DNA of 64,000 bases from an uncultured Lachnospiraceae bacterium (GCA_934408585.1 CAKRVA010000003.1:139509-203508), one strand, 5' to 3'. Positions 46,284-57,118 are shown, counted from the stretch's first letter. Numbers and translations: made by a program. Notes: generated by a model not told the origin, from the letters alone.

Positions 46284-47219
46284 TCATCCCCACTCCTTCA
46301 GCACTTCCCCTCTCTCCTTCAAAATCTTCTGCACACAATCTCGTTTTAAACTGCTGTCGAAAGCATGGAAGGTGCCCTTGACTTGTCTATGAATCACATG
46401 GACTCCCTGTTCTGCCAGTTTTCTGGCATATAAATCCCCCTCGTCCCGCAGTGGACAAAATTCCTCGGTTTCAATATAGGCAGGTGGCAGCCCGGAACAA
46501 TCGGCAACCTGATATGGGGCAAAATATTCCGGTTTTTCCGGCAAACCATTTTTCAGAGCCTCTTTAAGAAAAACAGTACACCAGCCACTGTTCATGCCGG
46601 GGGTGTTGGTGAAATGCTTTCTGGAGCAGGTGTCGGCGGTGACACCCATAGTCATGGGATAAACCAGCATCTGGAAACGTATGGCAGGACCTTTCCTATC
46701 CCTTGCCATAATGCACATGATGGTGGCAAGAGTGGCTCCGGCACTGTCTCCCATAACGGTGATGTGTTCTCTGTCGATGTCCAGTTTTTCACTATTATTC
46801 CACACATATTGCAGAGCATAATAGCAGTCCTCGATGGTAGCAGTGTAACAAGGGGCATTTGCCAGGCGGTAGTTGACAAAGAGAACCTTGCAATTTGCAT
46901 AACGTGCATAAGTCATTGCCAGGGTGTGCATATAGGGATAGGCTCCTACGACAAAACCACCACCAGGATAGTAAACCAGGCAGGGAGCGTGGTCGGAAAC
47001 GGCTTTGGGAGTGTAAAGGATGGCATCCACAATTTTGCCATCATAGCTGGGAATATGGAGCGATTTCCGGGTAAAATCTGCCGGAACTTTCACCATGTGA
47101 CGGGACAAATGTGCCAGTTTTGCGCAGAAATGAATGACACCTGGAGTCATCTGGAATTTACTGGTGTCCCCGGCGGCATCTTTGGCCAGTTCAGGGAGTA
47201 CGGGATAAAGCGTTTTCAT
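46284..47219 (-). CDS. alpha/beta-hydrolase-fold-3 esterase/lipase
   Basis: YYPGGGFVVG oxyanion motif and GDSAGA nucleophile elbow. Start is either 47246 (TTG) or 47219 (ATG). Confidence 0.85.
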   Translation of the reverse strand: MKTLYPVLPELAKDAAGDTSKFQMTPGVIHFCAKLAHLSRHMVKVPADFTRKSLHIPSYDGKIVDAILYTPKAVSDHAPCLVYYPGGGFVVGAYPYMHTLAMTYARYANCKVLFVNYRLANAPCYTATIEDCYYALQYVWNNSEKLDIDREHITVMGDSAGATLATIMCIMARDRKGPAIRFQMLVYPMTMGVTADTCSRKHFTNTPGMNSGWCTVFLKEALKNGLPEKPEYFAPYQVADCSGLPPAYIETEEFCPLRDEGDLYARKLAEQGVHVIHRQVKGTFHAFDSSLKRDCVQKILKERGEVLKEWG

Positions 47220-47309
47220 GGAAATTACCTGCCTTTCAAAAAACAATCTTTGAACTTTGATTGCATTTTACAAAAAATGGCAGGAGATTACTTTCATCGA
47301 AATGACCTT

Positions 47310-48059
47310 TTACAGAAAATCGACATGGTTGATATATTGTTTGAGCTGTTGTCCGGTGAAACCAAACCATTTATGAAGGGCATAAGCAAAGTGGGCAGAA
47401 CTGGAAAAGCCTGCATCTATGCAGGCAGTAGTGAGATTTTCACCTTGCAGAATCAGAGAAAAAGCCCTGGAAAGTTTTAACAATAGAAGGTAGCTTTTCA
47501 ACGTGACACCAGTTTCTTCATGAAAAAGCCGTGAGAGTCGTCCTTCGGAAAGATGCACAACTGCAGCAAGGGCAGACAGGCTGTAACATCCCGGTTCATG
47601 GGAGTCGAGAAAGTGCAGCAAATCCTCAATCCGGGAATCCAGGTTAAGAGGTTCCTGGGTGGGAATTTCCAGGCGGGAAAAAATTTCTGTCAGCAAATCT
47701 TTCCGGGAAGTGGCAGATGCCCAGTATTCCTGCACATCCCTTACCCTGGATTCCGGAAAAGTGGCATAAGAATGTTCTGAAAAGAGCAGGCGGTTCATAC
47801 TTTTTCCAATAGGGGAGAGTTCGGGAACGGAAATCAGCAGGACGGATGCCCGGGAATGAATAGCGTGCAAGGCATCAGACTGAATGGCAAATCCAAAACC
47901 TTCCAGTTTTTCTCCATCCACAGTACATTGAATCCTGTCTTCCAGACTTAACAGAATGTGTTTCATGTAATGGGAATGAGGCTCCTTTTCCATGCGGGAA
48001 ACTTCCGTCATTCCATAGATATTCTGTTCCGGGTCAAGAAAAACGCGTTTCGTATCCAT
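47310..48059 (-). CDS. AraC-family transcriptional regulator
   Basis: C-terminal dual HTH (..LSALAAVVHLSEGRLSRLFHEETG...ACIDAGFSSSAHFAYALHKWFG..). Confidence 0.85.
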   Translation of the reverse strand: MDTKRVFLDPEQNIYGMTEVSRMEKEPHSHYMKHILLSLEDRIQCTVDGEKLEGFGFAIQSDALHAIHSRASVLLISVPELSPIGKSMNRLLFSEHSYATFPESRVRDVQEYWASATSRKDLLTEIFSRLEIPTQEPLNLDSRIEDLLHFLDSHEPGCYSLSALAAVVHLSEGRLSRLFHEETGVTLKSYLLLLKLSRAFSLILQGENLTTACIDAGFSSSAHFAYALHKWFGFTGQQLKQYINHVDFL

Positions 48060-48152
48060 TGTTGTCCCATCCTTTTCCTCATTCACTATTTAACCAAATT
48101 ATAACACGAATTTTCGATAAATTTTCTTACCCCTTGACCTGAACCCAACTCC

Positions 48153-48255
48153 AATTTGTCTATAATAAAAACCGTAACATACTGTTACGGCTTTTACATG
48201 TTCTTCCTGATGCTGTGCAGGTACGGATTATTCGGGGGATATTGTGCTTTGGTAA
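48153..48255 (+). repeat. direct repeat copy B (orphan duplicate of the SDR 3' end)
   Basis: About 95% identical to 46115-46215. Its distal 28 nt, read on the other strand, supply the last 8 codons and the stop of hipA. Confidence 0.9.
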
Positions 48256-49505
48256 CACTCACTAAATGCAGGTCTCATATATTCTATCTGACCGCGAGAA
48301 AGACCATGTTCTTCTGCCAAACGTTCCCAATTATCCGTAATATTTGAAATCATTCTCTCTGCTATCTTTTTAGCTTCTACCTCTAAAATGCCAAATCGTG
48401 GTGCTGTACGAATTGCCAGTTCTATCGAAATGCGGTTATCCTCATCATCCACAAGTAATGATAACTCGTCTCCATATGGAACCGGGTTCACATCATATAA
48501 AGGTGACAATATCCAACCATTTTGTGAAAGTATAAATGCATGGTTTCTAAGATGGTCATCTGTATTCGAAACTGCCATATTAAATACTATTCTTTTCCAT
48601 AATTCTAATAGGTCTGACTTTGGATTAGCTCCGTATGCCTTTATAAATCCAGCAATATCAAGATAGCTTGTCTCATCTGCTGCCGAAGCACCATCTGTTT
48701 TTCCAAGAAGCGTCATTGCAGAAGCAAAATGAATTCTTCGTTCTCCATTCCTGTCAAAACGTTTAACCAGAAAGGTGCTTCCAAGTTTTGAAAACTTTTC
48801 CAATTTAGACTCCGGTACATCTAATCCACACATTCCCGCCAAATCATGAACCACTTTTTCCCATGCTCCGGTATCACTTTCATCGTTCTTTGAGGGAAAC
48901 TTTGCTATCCAAAGTTGTCCCTTTGTATCTACAACAGTAGCCTTGGGTCTGGCTCCCCCTAACGAAGAACCCAGTTTAATTAACTCATTAAGCCACTTTT
49001 CCGTAATTCCTTTTTCATCACTCTCAAAGTTTCTTGAAGCCTCTTCCAAAGCTCTTAGAGACGCCCACGGGGGTGCAGCAGTCTCTTTATCATCTGAAAG
49101 AAACGAACCATCCTGGTCCAGCTTAAATCGTATTCCCCCCATTCGTGTCTCATCATAAACACCAAGGAGGTAATCACTATTATATAACTTTCTTGGCTTT
49201 CTGCGTTCTTTTTCTGCCAAAAAGCGTTCCCGCTTATTCATAAGTACACGTCCCCACCTATCAGGTGAAGCGTCTGCAAATAAACCAAAGATTTCTTTTC
49301 CAGATGGAAATTGTCGTCCCGCAAATGATTGCAACTCAGGGTCCAGGCTAATTGATAATTTGCTCTTTTTTAACCACTCTATATCATATTCAAATGAATA
49401 TGTTTCGCCTCCCTTTATTGCTCCGACATACAATTTTCCAAGCAAAACAGGCACGCCATTCGTAAAATGGTCATAAACATATATAATTTTTTTCTCTCCC
49501 GCCAT
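48228..49505 (-). CDS. hipA: type II toxin-antitoxin system HipA-family kinase toxin
   Basis: N-terminal HipA coupling domain, GGARPKATV, and the catalytic NTDDHLRNHAF. Confidence 0.9.
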   Translation of the reverse strand: MAGEKKIIYVYDHFTNGVPVLLGKLYVGAIKGGETYSFEYDIEWLKKSKLSISLDPELQSFAGRQFPSGKEIFGLFADASPDRWGRVLMNKRERFLAEKERRKPRKLYNSDYLLGVYDETRMGGIRFKLDQDGSFLSDDKETAAPPWASLRALEEASRNFESDEKGITEKWLNELIKLGSSLGGARPKATVVDTKGQLWIAKFPSKNDESDTGAWEKVVHDLAGMCGLDVPESKLEKFSKLGSTFLVKRFDRNGERRIHFASAMTLLGKTDGASAADETSYLDIAGFIKAYGANPKSDLLELWKRIVFNMAVSNTDDHLRNHAFILSQNGWILSPLYDVNPVPYGDELSLLVDDEDNRISIELAIRTAPRFGILEVEAKKIAERMISNITDNWERLAEEHGLSRGQIEYMRPAFSECYQSTISPE

Positions 49506-49825
49506 TAATCTCTCCTTCTGGTTGCACGTTTTCTGGTCATAAGGCTAAGATCCTGCATTTGTCTTCCCATGGCATCGTCCTTTGCAATGAGGAGAATATC
49601 TTTATCCATACCACCTAATGCATGTAACACAGCTGCATAAATTCCAATGGCTACTGCCGGATTTCCCGATTCCACCTTCCATAAAGATGAGCGGCTGATT
49701 CCCGCACGTTCTGCCACTAATTCTACGGGCAAATTACGCCTTAACCTCGCCAGCTTAATTTGTTCTCCCATTGTTTTTAATATATCTTCAGTTGTCGGTA
49801 CTATATTATAAGCCGCTTTTTTCAT
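49505..49825 (-). CDS. XRE-family HTH antitoxin (HipB-like)
   Basis: IKLARLRRNLPVELVAERAGISRSSLWKVESGNP. The stop overlaps the hipA start. Start moved to 49825 behind GAGGGAG. Confidence 0.8.
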   Translation of the reverse strand: MKKAAYNIVPTTEDILKTMGEQIKLARLRRNLPVELVAERAGISRSSLWKVESGNPAVAIGIYAAVLHALGGMDKDILLIAKDDAMGRQMQDLSLMTRKRATRRRD

Positions 49826-49856
49826 TTCTATACTCCCTCTCTTGTTTATGTTTACT

Positions 49857-49885
49857 ATTATAATCATTAAGTGCTGTTAGGTCAA
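49857..49885 (-). promoter_or_regulatory. consensus-like promoter of the hipBA operon
   Basis: Minus strand: TTGACC-17 nt-TATAAT. Confidence 0.55.
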
Positions 49886-49930
49886 TAATAGAAAACATAA
49901 TATGGTCGAGATCAGTGGATTTTCATTTGG

Positions 49931-50134
49931 TTGCCTGCAAGGAAACTTTATAATCATTATGCATATTTTGAAGATGAAACCTTTGTTGTGATTCGCGATT
50001 ATAAATTATCAAAGAAGGTGTACGTTAGAAATGACAGCCCAGCGAAACCGGTTTTGCTCTTTCTTACAGATACTATTCTACGGCGCTCTATGGATTTTTT
50101 TAAATCAAAAAACATGGACTGCTTGTCGATGTAG
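49931..50134 (+). pseudogene. possible N-terminal fragment of an alpha/beta-hydrolase gene
   Basis: The TTG-initiated 67-codon frame contains ...VYVRNDSPAKPVLLFL, which resembles the region before the oxyanion loop of the hydrolase at 43396-44493 (INSRDLSNPVLLFVSSGPG). It then diverges and stops. Confidence 0.3.
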
Positions 50135-50145
50135 CATCGACTTTG

Positions 50146-50190
50146 AACAAAAAGAAAGACCGCCATTAGATTTGTTCTCTAATAACGGTC
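50146..50190 (-). terminator. intrinsic terminator after the DUF4143 ATPase gene
   Basis: Minus strand: GACCGTTATTAGA-loop-TCTAATGGCGGTC followed by TTTCTTTTTGTT. Confidence 0.6.
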
Positions 50191-50195
50191 AATTT

Positions 50196-51455
50196 CTATA
50201 AATCCATCAACTCCGGGTTTAATAAGAAATCATACACATTCATCATTAAAATTCCTTCATCTGTATAACATGGCTTTGGAGTATCAGAAGTAATGACAAT
50301 CTTTTTAAATGAGTCATTTATCTTAAGGAATGGTCTGATTTCCTGTGCTAATTTTTCCTCTGTGCCAAGCTGGTATGCTGACTGAATGTAATACTTCTTA
50401 GAACCTTTATTGCATATAAAGTCTACTTCTAACTGCTTCTTTACAGCCTTGCCATCTTTGCCATTCTCTACTATGGTAAGATTTCCTACATCAACACTGA
50501 ATCCTCTCTTTCTAAGCTCATTATAAATGACATTCTCCATAGAATGAGTTATCTCTATTTGTCTATAGTGGATACGTGCATTTCTAAGTCCCATATCCAT
50601 AAAGTAATATTTCAAAGGCGTACCAATATAAGACTTGCCCTTTATGTCATACCTCACGGCTTCCTCAATTAAAAATGCATCCTCTAAATACTCAATGTAT
50701 TTCGTGATGGTCGTAGCCGTAATCTTTGAACGATTCACACTCTTAAAAGTCTTTTGAAGCTTATTCGGATTGGTCAATGCACCAATTGCAGACGAAAGGA
50801 TATCCAATAGTGCTTCCATTTCTCCTACGTTTCTGATTTTGTTTCTCTTTACGATATCACTAATATACGTTTCCTTAAATAGATTGTCCAGAATAGCCAT
50901 TTTCTGCTCTTCCGTCTCAGCTAAAACAACAAGTGGAATGCCACCATAGGTAATGTATTCATTCCATCCGTCATATCGGTTTCCACCATACACAGACATA
51001 AATTCAGAAAAGTTTAAGGGATACATATGCACTTCATCCCCTCTGCCTCCAAACTCCGTAGCTATATCTCTCGACAAAAACTTTGCATTACTTCCAGTAA
51101 CAAACACATCACAGTTTTTCTTATCTGCAAGCCCATTTAATACGCTTACAAATTCATCAAGCATCTGCACTTCATCTAAAAGGAAATAATATGTGCCATC
51201 ATCCTTTATTTGTTCCTTCGCCCATGGATAAAACACCTTCGGCTCCTTATACTCTATGTTATCATATAAATCAAATGCCATCTCAATAATATGCCCCTCA
51301 TCCACTCCGCTTTCGATGAGATGGTTCTTAAATATGGTACGTAGCAGATAAGATTTTCCACATCTCCTGATACCGGTCACAATTTTTATCAGTCCGTTAT
51401 TTTTTCTTTTTATCAATTGGTCCAGATAATAGTCTCTTTTTATCTCTTTTTCCAT
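50196..51455 (-). CDS. AAA-family ATPase with a C-terminal DUF4143-type domain
   Basis: Walker A GIRRCGKSYLL and Walker B YYFLLDEVQ. Size and layout are typical of the AAA_14/DUF4143 family. Confidence 0.8.
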   Translation of the reverse strand: MEKEIKRDYYLDQLIKRKNNGLIKIVTGIRRCGKSYLLRTIFKNHLIESGVDEGHIIEMAFDLYDNIEYKEPKVFYPWAKEQIKDDGTYYFLLDEVQMLDEFVSVLNGLADKKNCDVFVTGSNAKFLSRDIATEFGGRGDEVHMYPLNFSEFMSVYGGNRYDGWNEYITYGGIPLVVLAETEEQKMAILDNLFKETYISDIVKRNKIRNVGEMEALLDILSSAIGALTNPNKLQKTFKSVNRSKITATTITKYIEYLEDAFLIEEAVRYDIKGKSYIGTPLKYYFMDMGLRNARIHYRQIEITHSMENVIYNELRKRGFSVDVGNLTIVENGKDGKAVKKQLEVDFICNKGSKKYYIQSAYQLGTEEKLAQEIRPFLKINDSFKKIVITSDTPKPCYTDEGILMMNVYDFLLNPELMDL

Positions 51456-51629
51456 AACGCCATTACTCCTAAAAGATATTTTGGTTAGTTTTTGCTAAAA
51501 TTTCTTCTATTATACATTATCCAATAGCTATCTTCAAGTTTGCTAAAAGAAATTTTGGCATATTATTACCGAAATATCTTTTAAAGTGCATTTATCCTAT
51601 TCACATTTACAGACTTGCTTCCCCTTCAT

Positions 51630-52082
51630 CTATAAGCGACCTATAGATGATTCTTGAATACTATCACTTTCATACTTAAAAACCTTAATAGTATTATCCT
51701 CACACCTCATACATGTAAAACTAAAAATTTGTGATGCCACATGCGAAAGATAATATCTATTCTTAATTAATTGTTTCTCAATCTTTTCCAAAGACACTTC
51801 CTGACTTTTTAATTCCACATTTATAATCTCATTATCTATACCAATCTTTAATAAATCAAACTCCTTTCCGATTTGTGGAATTGAAAAAGAATAAAACCAA
51901 TCTTCATAACTATATTTTTGCGCTTTGTAAAATATCAAATTGTCTACAATTACTTTTATTAATTCTATTTCTTCTTTACGTGTTTTAGGTATATCTACCC
52001 TGTCCGATAAAGCCCTTTCATATAAAGGACGTAACACATCATCTATTTCTCTCGATATTGTATATAAATTTATCGCACGCAT
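51630..52082 (-). CDS. hypothetical protein with a PD-(D/E)xK-like motif (possibly a truncated NERD/DUF2075-type N-terminal domain)
   Basis: GKEFDLLKIG...IINVELKS resembles a D...(D/E)xK nuclease core. 150 aa with no partner domain. Confidence 0.4.
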   Translation of the reverse strand: MRAINLYTISREIDDVLRPLYERALSDRVDIPKTRKEEIELIKVIVDNLIFYKAQKYSYEDWFYSFSIPQIGKEFDLLKIGIDNEIINVELKSQEVSLEKIEKQLIKNRYYLSHVASQIFSFTCMRCEDNTIKVFKYESDSIQESSIGRL

Positions 52083-52161
52083 TTTTCTGAATCCCCTTCA
52101 ATTTTTCCTACTTCATTACATATCTGCAAATGCATACTTATTATAATCCAAAATCACCTCG

Positions 52162-52199
52162 CAAAAATAAGGAGGATAGAAGTTTCCTTCCATCCTCCT
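52162..52199 (-). terminator. intrinsic terminator of the greA-lysS transcription unit
   Basis: Minus strand: AGGAGGAT-loop-ATCCTCCT followed by TATTTTTG. Confidence 0.65.
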
Positions 52200-52306
52200 C
52201 ATACCTTCTGTCATATGTCTTCTGAGCATGTTCTCTTTATAAATTTCGGTCGCAAATCGGTCGCAACTTTTGACTTCCAATCTCTCACCCCCTATAAATA
52301 AAGGCT

Positions 52307-53821
52307 TTACTTATCCAAGCTCTTCATGGTCGGGAACAACAACACATCCCTGATTGCCGGGCTGTCTGTCAGCAGCATTACCATACGGTCAATTCCGTAT
52401 CCGATACCGCCTGTTGGAGGCATACCGATTTCCAATGCATTCAGGAAATCTTCGTCAGTGTGGTTTGCTTCTTCATCACCGGCTGCGAACTGCTCTTCCT
52501 GTGCCTTGAAACGTTCTCTCTGATCAATTGGATCATTCAGCTCGGAATAAGCATTTGCCATTTCCCATCCGTTCATAAAGAACTCGAAACGTTCTACGTA
52601 ATCTGGGTTGTCCGGTTTTCTCTTCGTAAGCGGAGAAATTTCTACCGGATGATCCATTAAGAACGTAGGTTGAATCAAATGCTCTTCTACAAACTCTTCG
52701 AAGAAAAGATTCAGGATATCGCCCTTCTTATGACGCTCCTCGAATTCCACATGTTTTTCTTTTGCGATTGCTCTTGCTTCTTCCAATGTCTTAATTTCAT
52801 TGAAATCAACGCCTGCATATTTCTTAACTGCATCTACCATCGTAATACGTTCAAACGGCTTGCCTAAATCCATTTCAATGCCCTTGTACGTGATGGTTGT
52901 GGTGCCAAGAACTTCTTTTGCCACATAACGGTAAAGATTCTCGGTCAAATCCATCATTCCGTTGTAATCGGTATATGCCTGATATAATTCCATCAATGTA
53001 AATTCCGGATTATGTCTGGTATCAAGACCTTCATTACGAAAAACTCGTCCAATTTCATAAACACGTTCCAGACCACCAACAATCAATCTCTTCAGATAGA
53101 GTTCCAAAGAAATACGAAGCTTCAGGTCCTCATCCAACGCATTGAAGTGTGTCTCGAATGGTCTTGCTGCTGCACCACCTGCATTTGATACAAGCATAGG
53201 GGTTTCAACTTCCATGAATCCCTGTGTATCCAGATAACGGCGGATAGCGGAAATAATTTGGGAACGTTTGATAAATGTTTCCTTAACATCTTCGTTCATA
53301 ATCAGGTCTGTATATCTTTGGCGATAGCGAATGTCGGTATTGGTCAGACCATGATACTTTTCCGGAAGAATCTGTAAGCTCTTGCTTAACAGAGTTACAC
53401 TCTGTGCATGAATCGAAATTTCACCGGTCTTTGTTGTAAACACTTCACCGGTAATTCCTACAATATCACCCACATCATATTTTTTGAAATCTGCATAGGA
53501 CTCTTCTCCAATGCTGTCTCTTGCAACATAGGATTGGATAGTTCCCTTTAAATCCTGTACATTACAGAAAGACGCTTTTCCCATGACACGTTTTGACATG
53601 ATACGTCCTGCAATGGTAACACTTTTTCCTTCTAATTCTGCATAATTATCCTTCACATCCTTGCTGTGATGGGTAACATCAAATTTCATAATCTGGAAAG
53701 GATCTTTTCCTGCTTCCTGCAATGCAGCAAGCTTTTCTCTACGAACTTTAAGAAGCTGATTGATATCCTGCTCCTGCTGGTTCTTCTGATTGTTTTGCGG
53801 TTGGTTATTCTGTTCTGCCAC
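52307..53821 (-). CDS. lysS: lysine--tRNA ligase (class II)
   Basis: 504 aa with class II motifs (..FRNEG.., ..[15 protein letters not shown]..). Apparent GTG start. Confidence 0.97.
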   Translation of the reverse strand: MAEQNNQPQNNQKNQQEQDINQLLKVRREKLAALQEAGKDPFQIMKFDVTHHSKDVKDNYAELEGKSVTIAGRIMSKRVMGKASFCNVQDLKGTIQSYVARDSIGEESYADFKKYDVGDIVGITGEVFTTKTGEISIHAQSVTLLSKSLQILPEKYHGLTNTDIRYRQRYTDLIMNEDVKETFIKRSQIISAIRRYLDTQGFMEVETPMLVSNAGGAAARPFETHFNALDEDLKLRISLELYLKRLIVGGLERVYEIGRVFRNEGLDTRHNPEFTLMELYQAYTDYNGMMDLTENLYRYVAKEVLGTTTITYKGIEMDLGKPFERITMVDAVKKYAGVDFNEIKTLEEARAIAKEKHVEFEERHKKGDILNLFFEEFVEEHLIQPTFLMDHPVEISPLTKRKPDNPDYVERFEFFMNGWEMANAYSELNDPIDQRERFKAQEEQFAAGDEEANHTDEDFLNALEIGMPPTGGIGYGIDRMVMLLTDSPAIRDVLLFPTMKSLDK

Positions 53822-53835
53822 GATAACACTCCTTC

Positions 53836-54321
53836 TTAATTATTGGAACGCTGAATTTCCAATACTTTGTATTTTAAAATACCTGCCTGAGTTTCTACGT
53901 CAACTACATCATTTACTTTTCTGCCAATCAAAGCTTTTCCTACCGGGGATTCGTTGGAAATCTTACCTTTCAGGCTGTTTGCCTCTGTGGAACCTACGAT
54001 TTTGTAATCGAGTTCTTCATTGTATTCCATGTCAAGAATCTTTACACGGCATCCAATGCTGATTTTATCAAGATCAACTTCATCCTCTACAACTACTTCT
54101 GCGTTTTTCAGAATCTTTTCCAATTCTTCGATTCTTGCTTCGATATCACGCTGCTCATCTTTTGCTGCATCATATTCTGCATTTTCGGATAAGTCGCCCT
54201 GTTCTCTGGCTTCCTTTATTTTCTGTGCAACTTCTTTTCTCTTAATTACCTTAAGTTCATGAAGTTCATCTTCGTATTTGCGGAGACCTTCGTAAGTAAG
54301 TATATTTTTCTTTTCTTCCAT
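53836..54321 (-). CDS. greA: transcription elongation factor GreA
   Basis: [17 protein letters not shown]...[19 protein letters not shown]. Confidence 0.95.
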   Translation of the reverse strand: MEEKKNILTYEGLRKYEDELHELKVIKRKEVAQKIKEAREQGDLSENAEYDAAKDEQRDIEARIEELEKILKNAEVVVEDEVDLDKISIGCRVKILDMEYNEELDYKIVGSTEANSLKGKISNESPVGKALIGRKVNDVVDVETQAGILKYKVLEIQRSNN

Positions 54322-54346
54322 CGCTAATCGCCCTTTCGTTTCTTTC

Positions 54347-54973
54347 TTAATTAACTAATGTATTATACCCATTTTTTACCGTAGCGTCAAGGAATTTCCA
54401 CGTTTCTGCCCTGGTGACGCATACTCCATCCCGTGGAACACGTTCTGCATAAAACATGACCATTCCATATTCCTCGTACAAAAAGTCCGCCATGCTCTCT
54501 GCAAGCCGGTGCTCTTTATCCACAAAATACACGTGTTTGAGTCGTGGAAGGTATGGAATCAGCAGCTCTGTCATCTGCTCCATTTCATACATGCCATCCT
54601 CTTGTCCAAAAGAGATATAGACGGTATCAAATGGACGTTTCTGGTACAGGCATGCTGCCAGAAGGCACGATGGCAATTCATTGTTTTCCATTTTCCAATC
54701 CGGGGAAAGCACCACTTCCCAGCATTGAAGTTCCTGCACGGACTGTTGAATCAGTTCCTGCATAATCCGAAAAAGCTTTTCCTGTTTCCAGGGTTTTAAG
54801 TTTTTTCTCCAAAAGCTCTTTCCTCCGTATTCCGGCAAAAAAGCAAAATATATCTGTACCGCTCCACCCGGAATCGGAAGCTTACGTTTCAATCGGAGAA
54901 TCGGCACCGGATGCTCATATGCTTTCCCTTTATCCATTCCAAGATAAAATACATGATATAATCGTTTTTCCAT
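54347..54973 (-). CDS. hypothetical protein between dusB and greA
   Basis: ORF of 208-221 aa with no family recognised. Start uncertain: TTG at 55012 or ATG at 54973, neither with a clear RBS. Confidence 0.45.
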   Translation of the reverse strand: MEKRLYHVFYLGMDKGKAYEHPVPILRLKRKLPIPGGAVQIYFAFLPEYGGKSFWRKNLKPWKQEKLFRIMQELIQQSVQELQCWEVVLSPDWKMENNELPSCLLAACLYQKRPFDTVYISFGQEDGMYEMEQMTELLIPYLPRLKHVYFVDKEHRLAESMADFLYEEYGMVMFYAERVPRDGVCVTRAETWKFLDATVKNGYNTLVN

Positions 54974-55001
54974 GTTTAAGCATATGTAGCTTTTCCATTC
55001 C

Positions 55002-55970
55002 CTATTCCTCAAAAATGCTCCGTACGGTCTCTTCCAGTTGGGAAAACTCTTCGATTTCGTTTACCCTTCTGCGAAGTGCCGCAGAATGCGGATATCCAAT
55101 GGTATACCATGCGATGTGTTTACGCATTTCTCTTACAGCAGTGTATTCTCCCTTTTGCAAAAGTTCCATCCGGGCATGACGCAAAATAGTATCACATACT
55201 TCTTTTCCGGATGGCTTTTCCATAGTTTCGCCGGTTTCAAGGTAGTGAAGAATCTCCCGGAATATCCATGGATTACCGCGAACCGCACGACCTATCATAA
55301 TTCCATCGCAACCGGTTTCGGTAAGCAGTCGTCTGGCAGATTCGCCATCCGTCACATCACCATTTCCAATTACCGGGATAGAAACCGCATCCTTTACCTG
55401 TGCAATGATTTCCCAGTCTGCTTTTCCTGCATAGTATTGTTCCCTGGTCCGCCCATGAACTGCCACTGCAGATACACCGCTCTGTTCTGCAATTTTTGCA
55501 ATTTCGACTGCATTTATATGTTCCTCGTCAAATCCCTTCCGGAATTTTACGGTAACCGGCTTTTGAATGGCTTTCACGGTTTTTGAAATAATTTCTCCGA
55601 CCAGCTTGGGATTTTTCATCAAAGCGGAGCCTTCTCCATTGTTTACTACCTTGGGAACCGGGCATCCCATATTGATATCCAGAATATCAAATGGCTTTTC
55701 TTCAATTCTTTTTGCCATTTCACTGATAATCCCCGGGTCCGAACCAAAAAGCTGTAAGGAAACCGGATGTTCATCGGGATGAATTTCCATCAGTTCTTCG
55801 GTATTTTTATTGTTGTAATAAATTGCTTTGGCACTCACCATTTCCATACATACAAGTCCTGCTCCCTGCTCCGCACAAAGCAAGCGAAATGGCAGGTCTG
55901 TTACTCCTGCCATTGGTGCCAAAATACAATTATTTTGAAGTGTTATGTTTCCGATCTGCATTTTTTTCAT
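55002..55970 (-). CDS. dusB: tRNA-dihydrouridine synthase B
   Basis: [13 protein letters not shown]..., DINMGCP, and HGRTREQ motifs. Confidence 0.9.
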   Translation of the reverse strand: MKKMQIGNITLQNNCILAPMAGVTDLPFRLLCAEQGAGLVCMEMVSAKAIYYNNKNTEELMEIHPDEHPVSLQLFGSDPGIISEMAKRIEEKPFDILDINMGCPVPKVVNNGEGSALMKNPKLVGEIISKTVKAIQKPVTVKFRKGFDEEHINAVEIAKIAEQSGVSAVAVHGRTREQYYAGKADWEIIAQVKDAVSIPVIGNGDVTDGESARRLLTETGCDGIMIGRAVRGNPWIFREILHYLETGETMEKPSGKEVCDTILRHARMELLQKGEYTAVREMRKHIAWYTIGYPHSAALRRRVNEIEEFSQLEETVRSIFEE

Positions 55971-56721
55971 AAATAATTCGAAGTCCCTCTAAGGTTAATC
56001 CACTGTCATATATCTGAATTTCATCGGTTTCGTCTGCAATAATTCTTCCAAGTCCGCCGGTTGCCACTACCTTCAGGTTTTCATAGCCGGACTCTTCACG
56101 TACCCGGTTAATAATATATTCGGTCTGTCCAATCTGTCCATAAACAAGTCCTGCCTGCATACTGCTGATGGTTTCCTGTGCAAGGATGGATTTCGGTTTT
56201 TTAATTTCAATCTCAGGAAGTCTTGCGGTATCTTCCCAAAGTGCTTTGGCTGATATCCGGATACCCGGAGCAGTAATACCTGCTGCAAAGCAGCCATCCT
56301 CCGTCACCAGATCATAGGTCGTCGCAGTTCCAAAGTCCAGAACCAGCACCGGACCGCCATATTTTTCATAGGCAGCTACTGCATCCACAATTCGGTCTGC
56401 TCCGATTTCCCTTGGATTTTCCGTAACAATCTTAATACCGGTTTTTACACCCGGTCCGACAATCATTGGTTTCTTGCCTATATATTTGATAATTCCTGCT
56501 GTCAGGGAGTGCATTACATTTGGAACAACGCTTGCGATAATAATTCCCTCAATTTCTTCCTTTTTAATATCATTTGTATGAAGAAGTTCCCGCAGACTGA
56601 TTCCATATTCATCCGATGTTCTGGGCTGCTTGCTCATCATTCGAAACGTTGTCTTTAATTTTTCACCCTGATAAACGCCACAGGTAATGTTGGTATTTCC
56701 TACATCAATTACAAAAAGCAT
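55930..56721 (-). CDS. coaX: type III pantothenate kinase
   Basis: [11 protein letters not shown]..., DFGTATT. Start moved to 56721, after the upstream stop and behind AAAGGA. Confidence 0.9.
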   Translation of the reverse strand: MLFVIDVGNTNITCGVYQGEKLKTTFRMMSKQPRTSDEYGISLRELLHTNDIKKEEIEGIIIASVVPNVMHSLTAGIIKYIGKKPMIVGPGVKTGIKIVTENPREIGADRIVDAVAAYEKYGGPVLVLDFGTATTYDLVTEDGCFAAGITAPGIRISAKALWEDTARLPEIEIKKPKSILAQETISSMQAGLVYGQIGQTEYIINRVREESGYENLKVVATGGLGRIIADETDEIQIYDSGLTLEGLRIIYEKNADRKHNTSK

Positions 56722-56734
56722 TGCGATTTCCTTT

Positions 56735-57118
56735 CTACTCTTCCTGCTCCTCTTCCTCGGCAAGCAGCTCACTCATATCTTCATGAAGTATTACCGCCTT
56801 ATAGTACAGGCTCAGTGATTCAAAAAGCTCCTGACGTTTGCGACGGACTTCACTGATTAAAAGACCGCTTCCAATATCATCATACAGGTAATCTTCCGGT
56901 GCATATTCCGTACGCATGGTAACGTTGCCCTCGGGTTCAAATTCGATTGTAAAAATACCACCGATTTCTTCTGTAAAAAGAACACAGATAATATGCAGTT
57001 CTTCCTTTATTGACTCCGGGATTCCCTGAAATTTTTCATTAAAATAATATTTTTTATCGTATGCATTAGCACCGCATAATACAACATTTTCTGATGTTGA
57101 TTTTTGTTCTTCAGACAT
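56735..57118 (-). CDS. acidic hypothetical protein between birA and coaX
   Basis: 127-aa ORF that overlaps the birA stop. No family recognised. Confidence 0.5.
   Translation of the reverse strand: MSEEQKSTSENVVLCGANAYDKKYYFNEKFQGIPESIKEELHIICVLFTEEIGGIFTIEFEPEGNVTMRTEYAPEDYLYDDIGSGLLISEVRRKRQELFESLSLYYKAVILHEDMSELLAEEEEQEE

Noticed and set aside
46614-47480. 288-aa plus-strand ORF
   Set aside because: It is antisense to the esterase gene and the AraC 3' end, with no motifs and no RBS, so it is a shadow ORF. The long antisense ORFs at 36646-37281, 61508-62125, 62574-63101, 9077-9754 and 25367-25897 were rejected for the same reason.
51456-51629. TTTGCTAAAA direct repeats with an AAAATTTCTT/AAGAAATTTT inverted repeat upstream of the DUF4143 ATPase gene
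   Set aside because: They are short, AT-rich and within ordinary promoter-region composition, so they are not distinctive enough to call.
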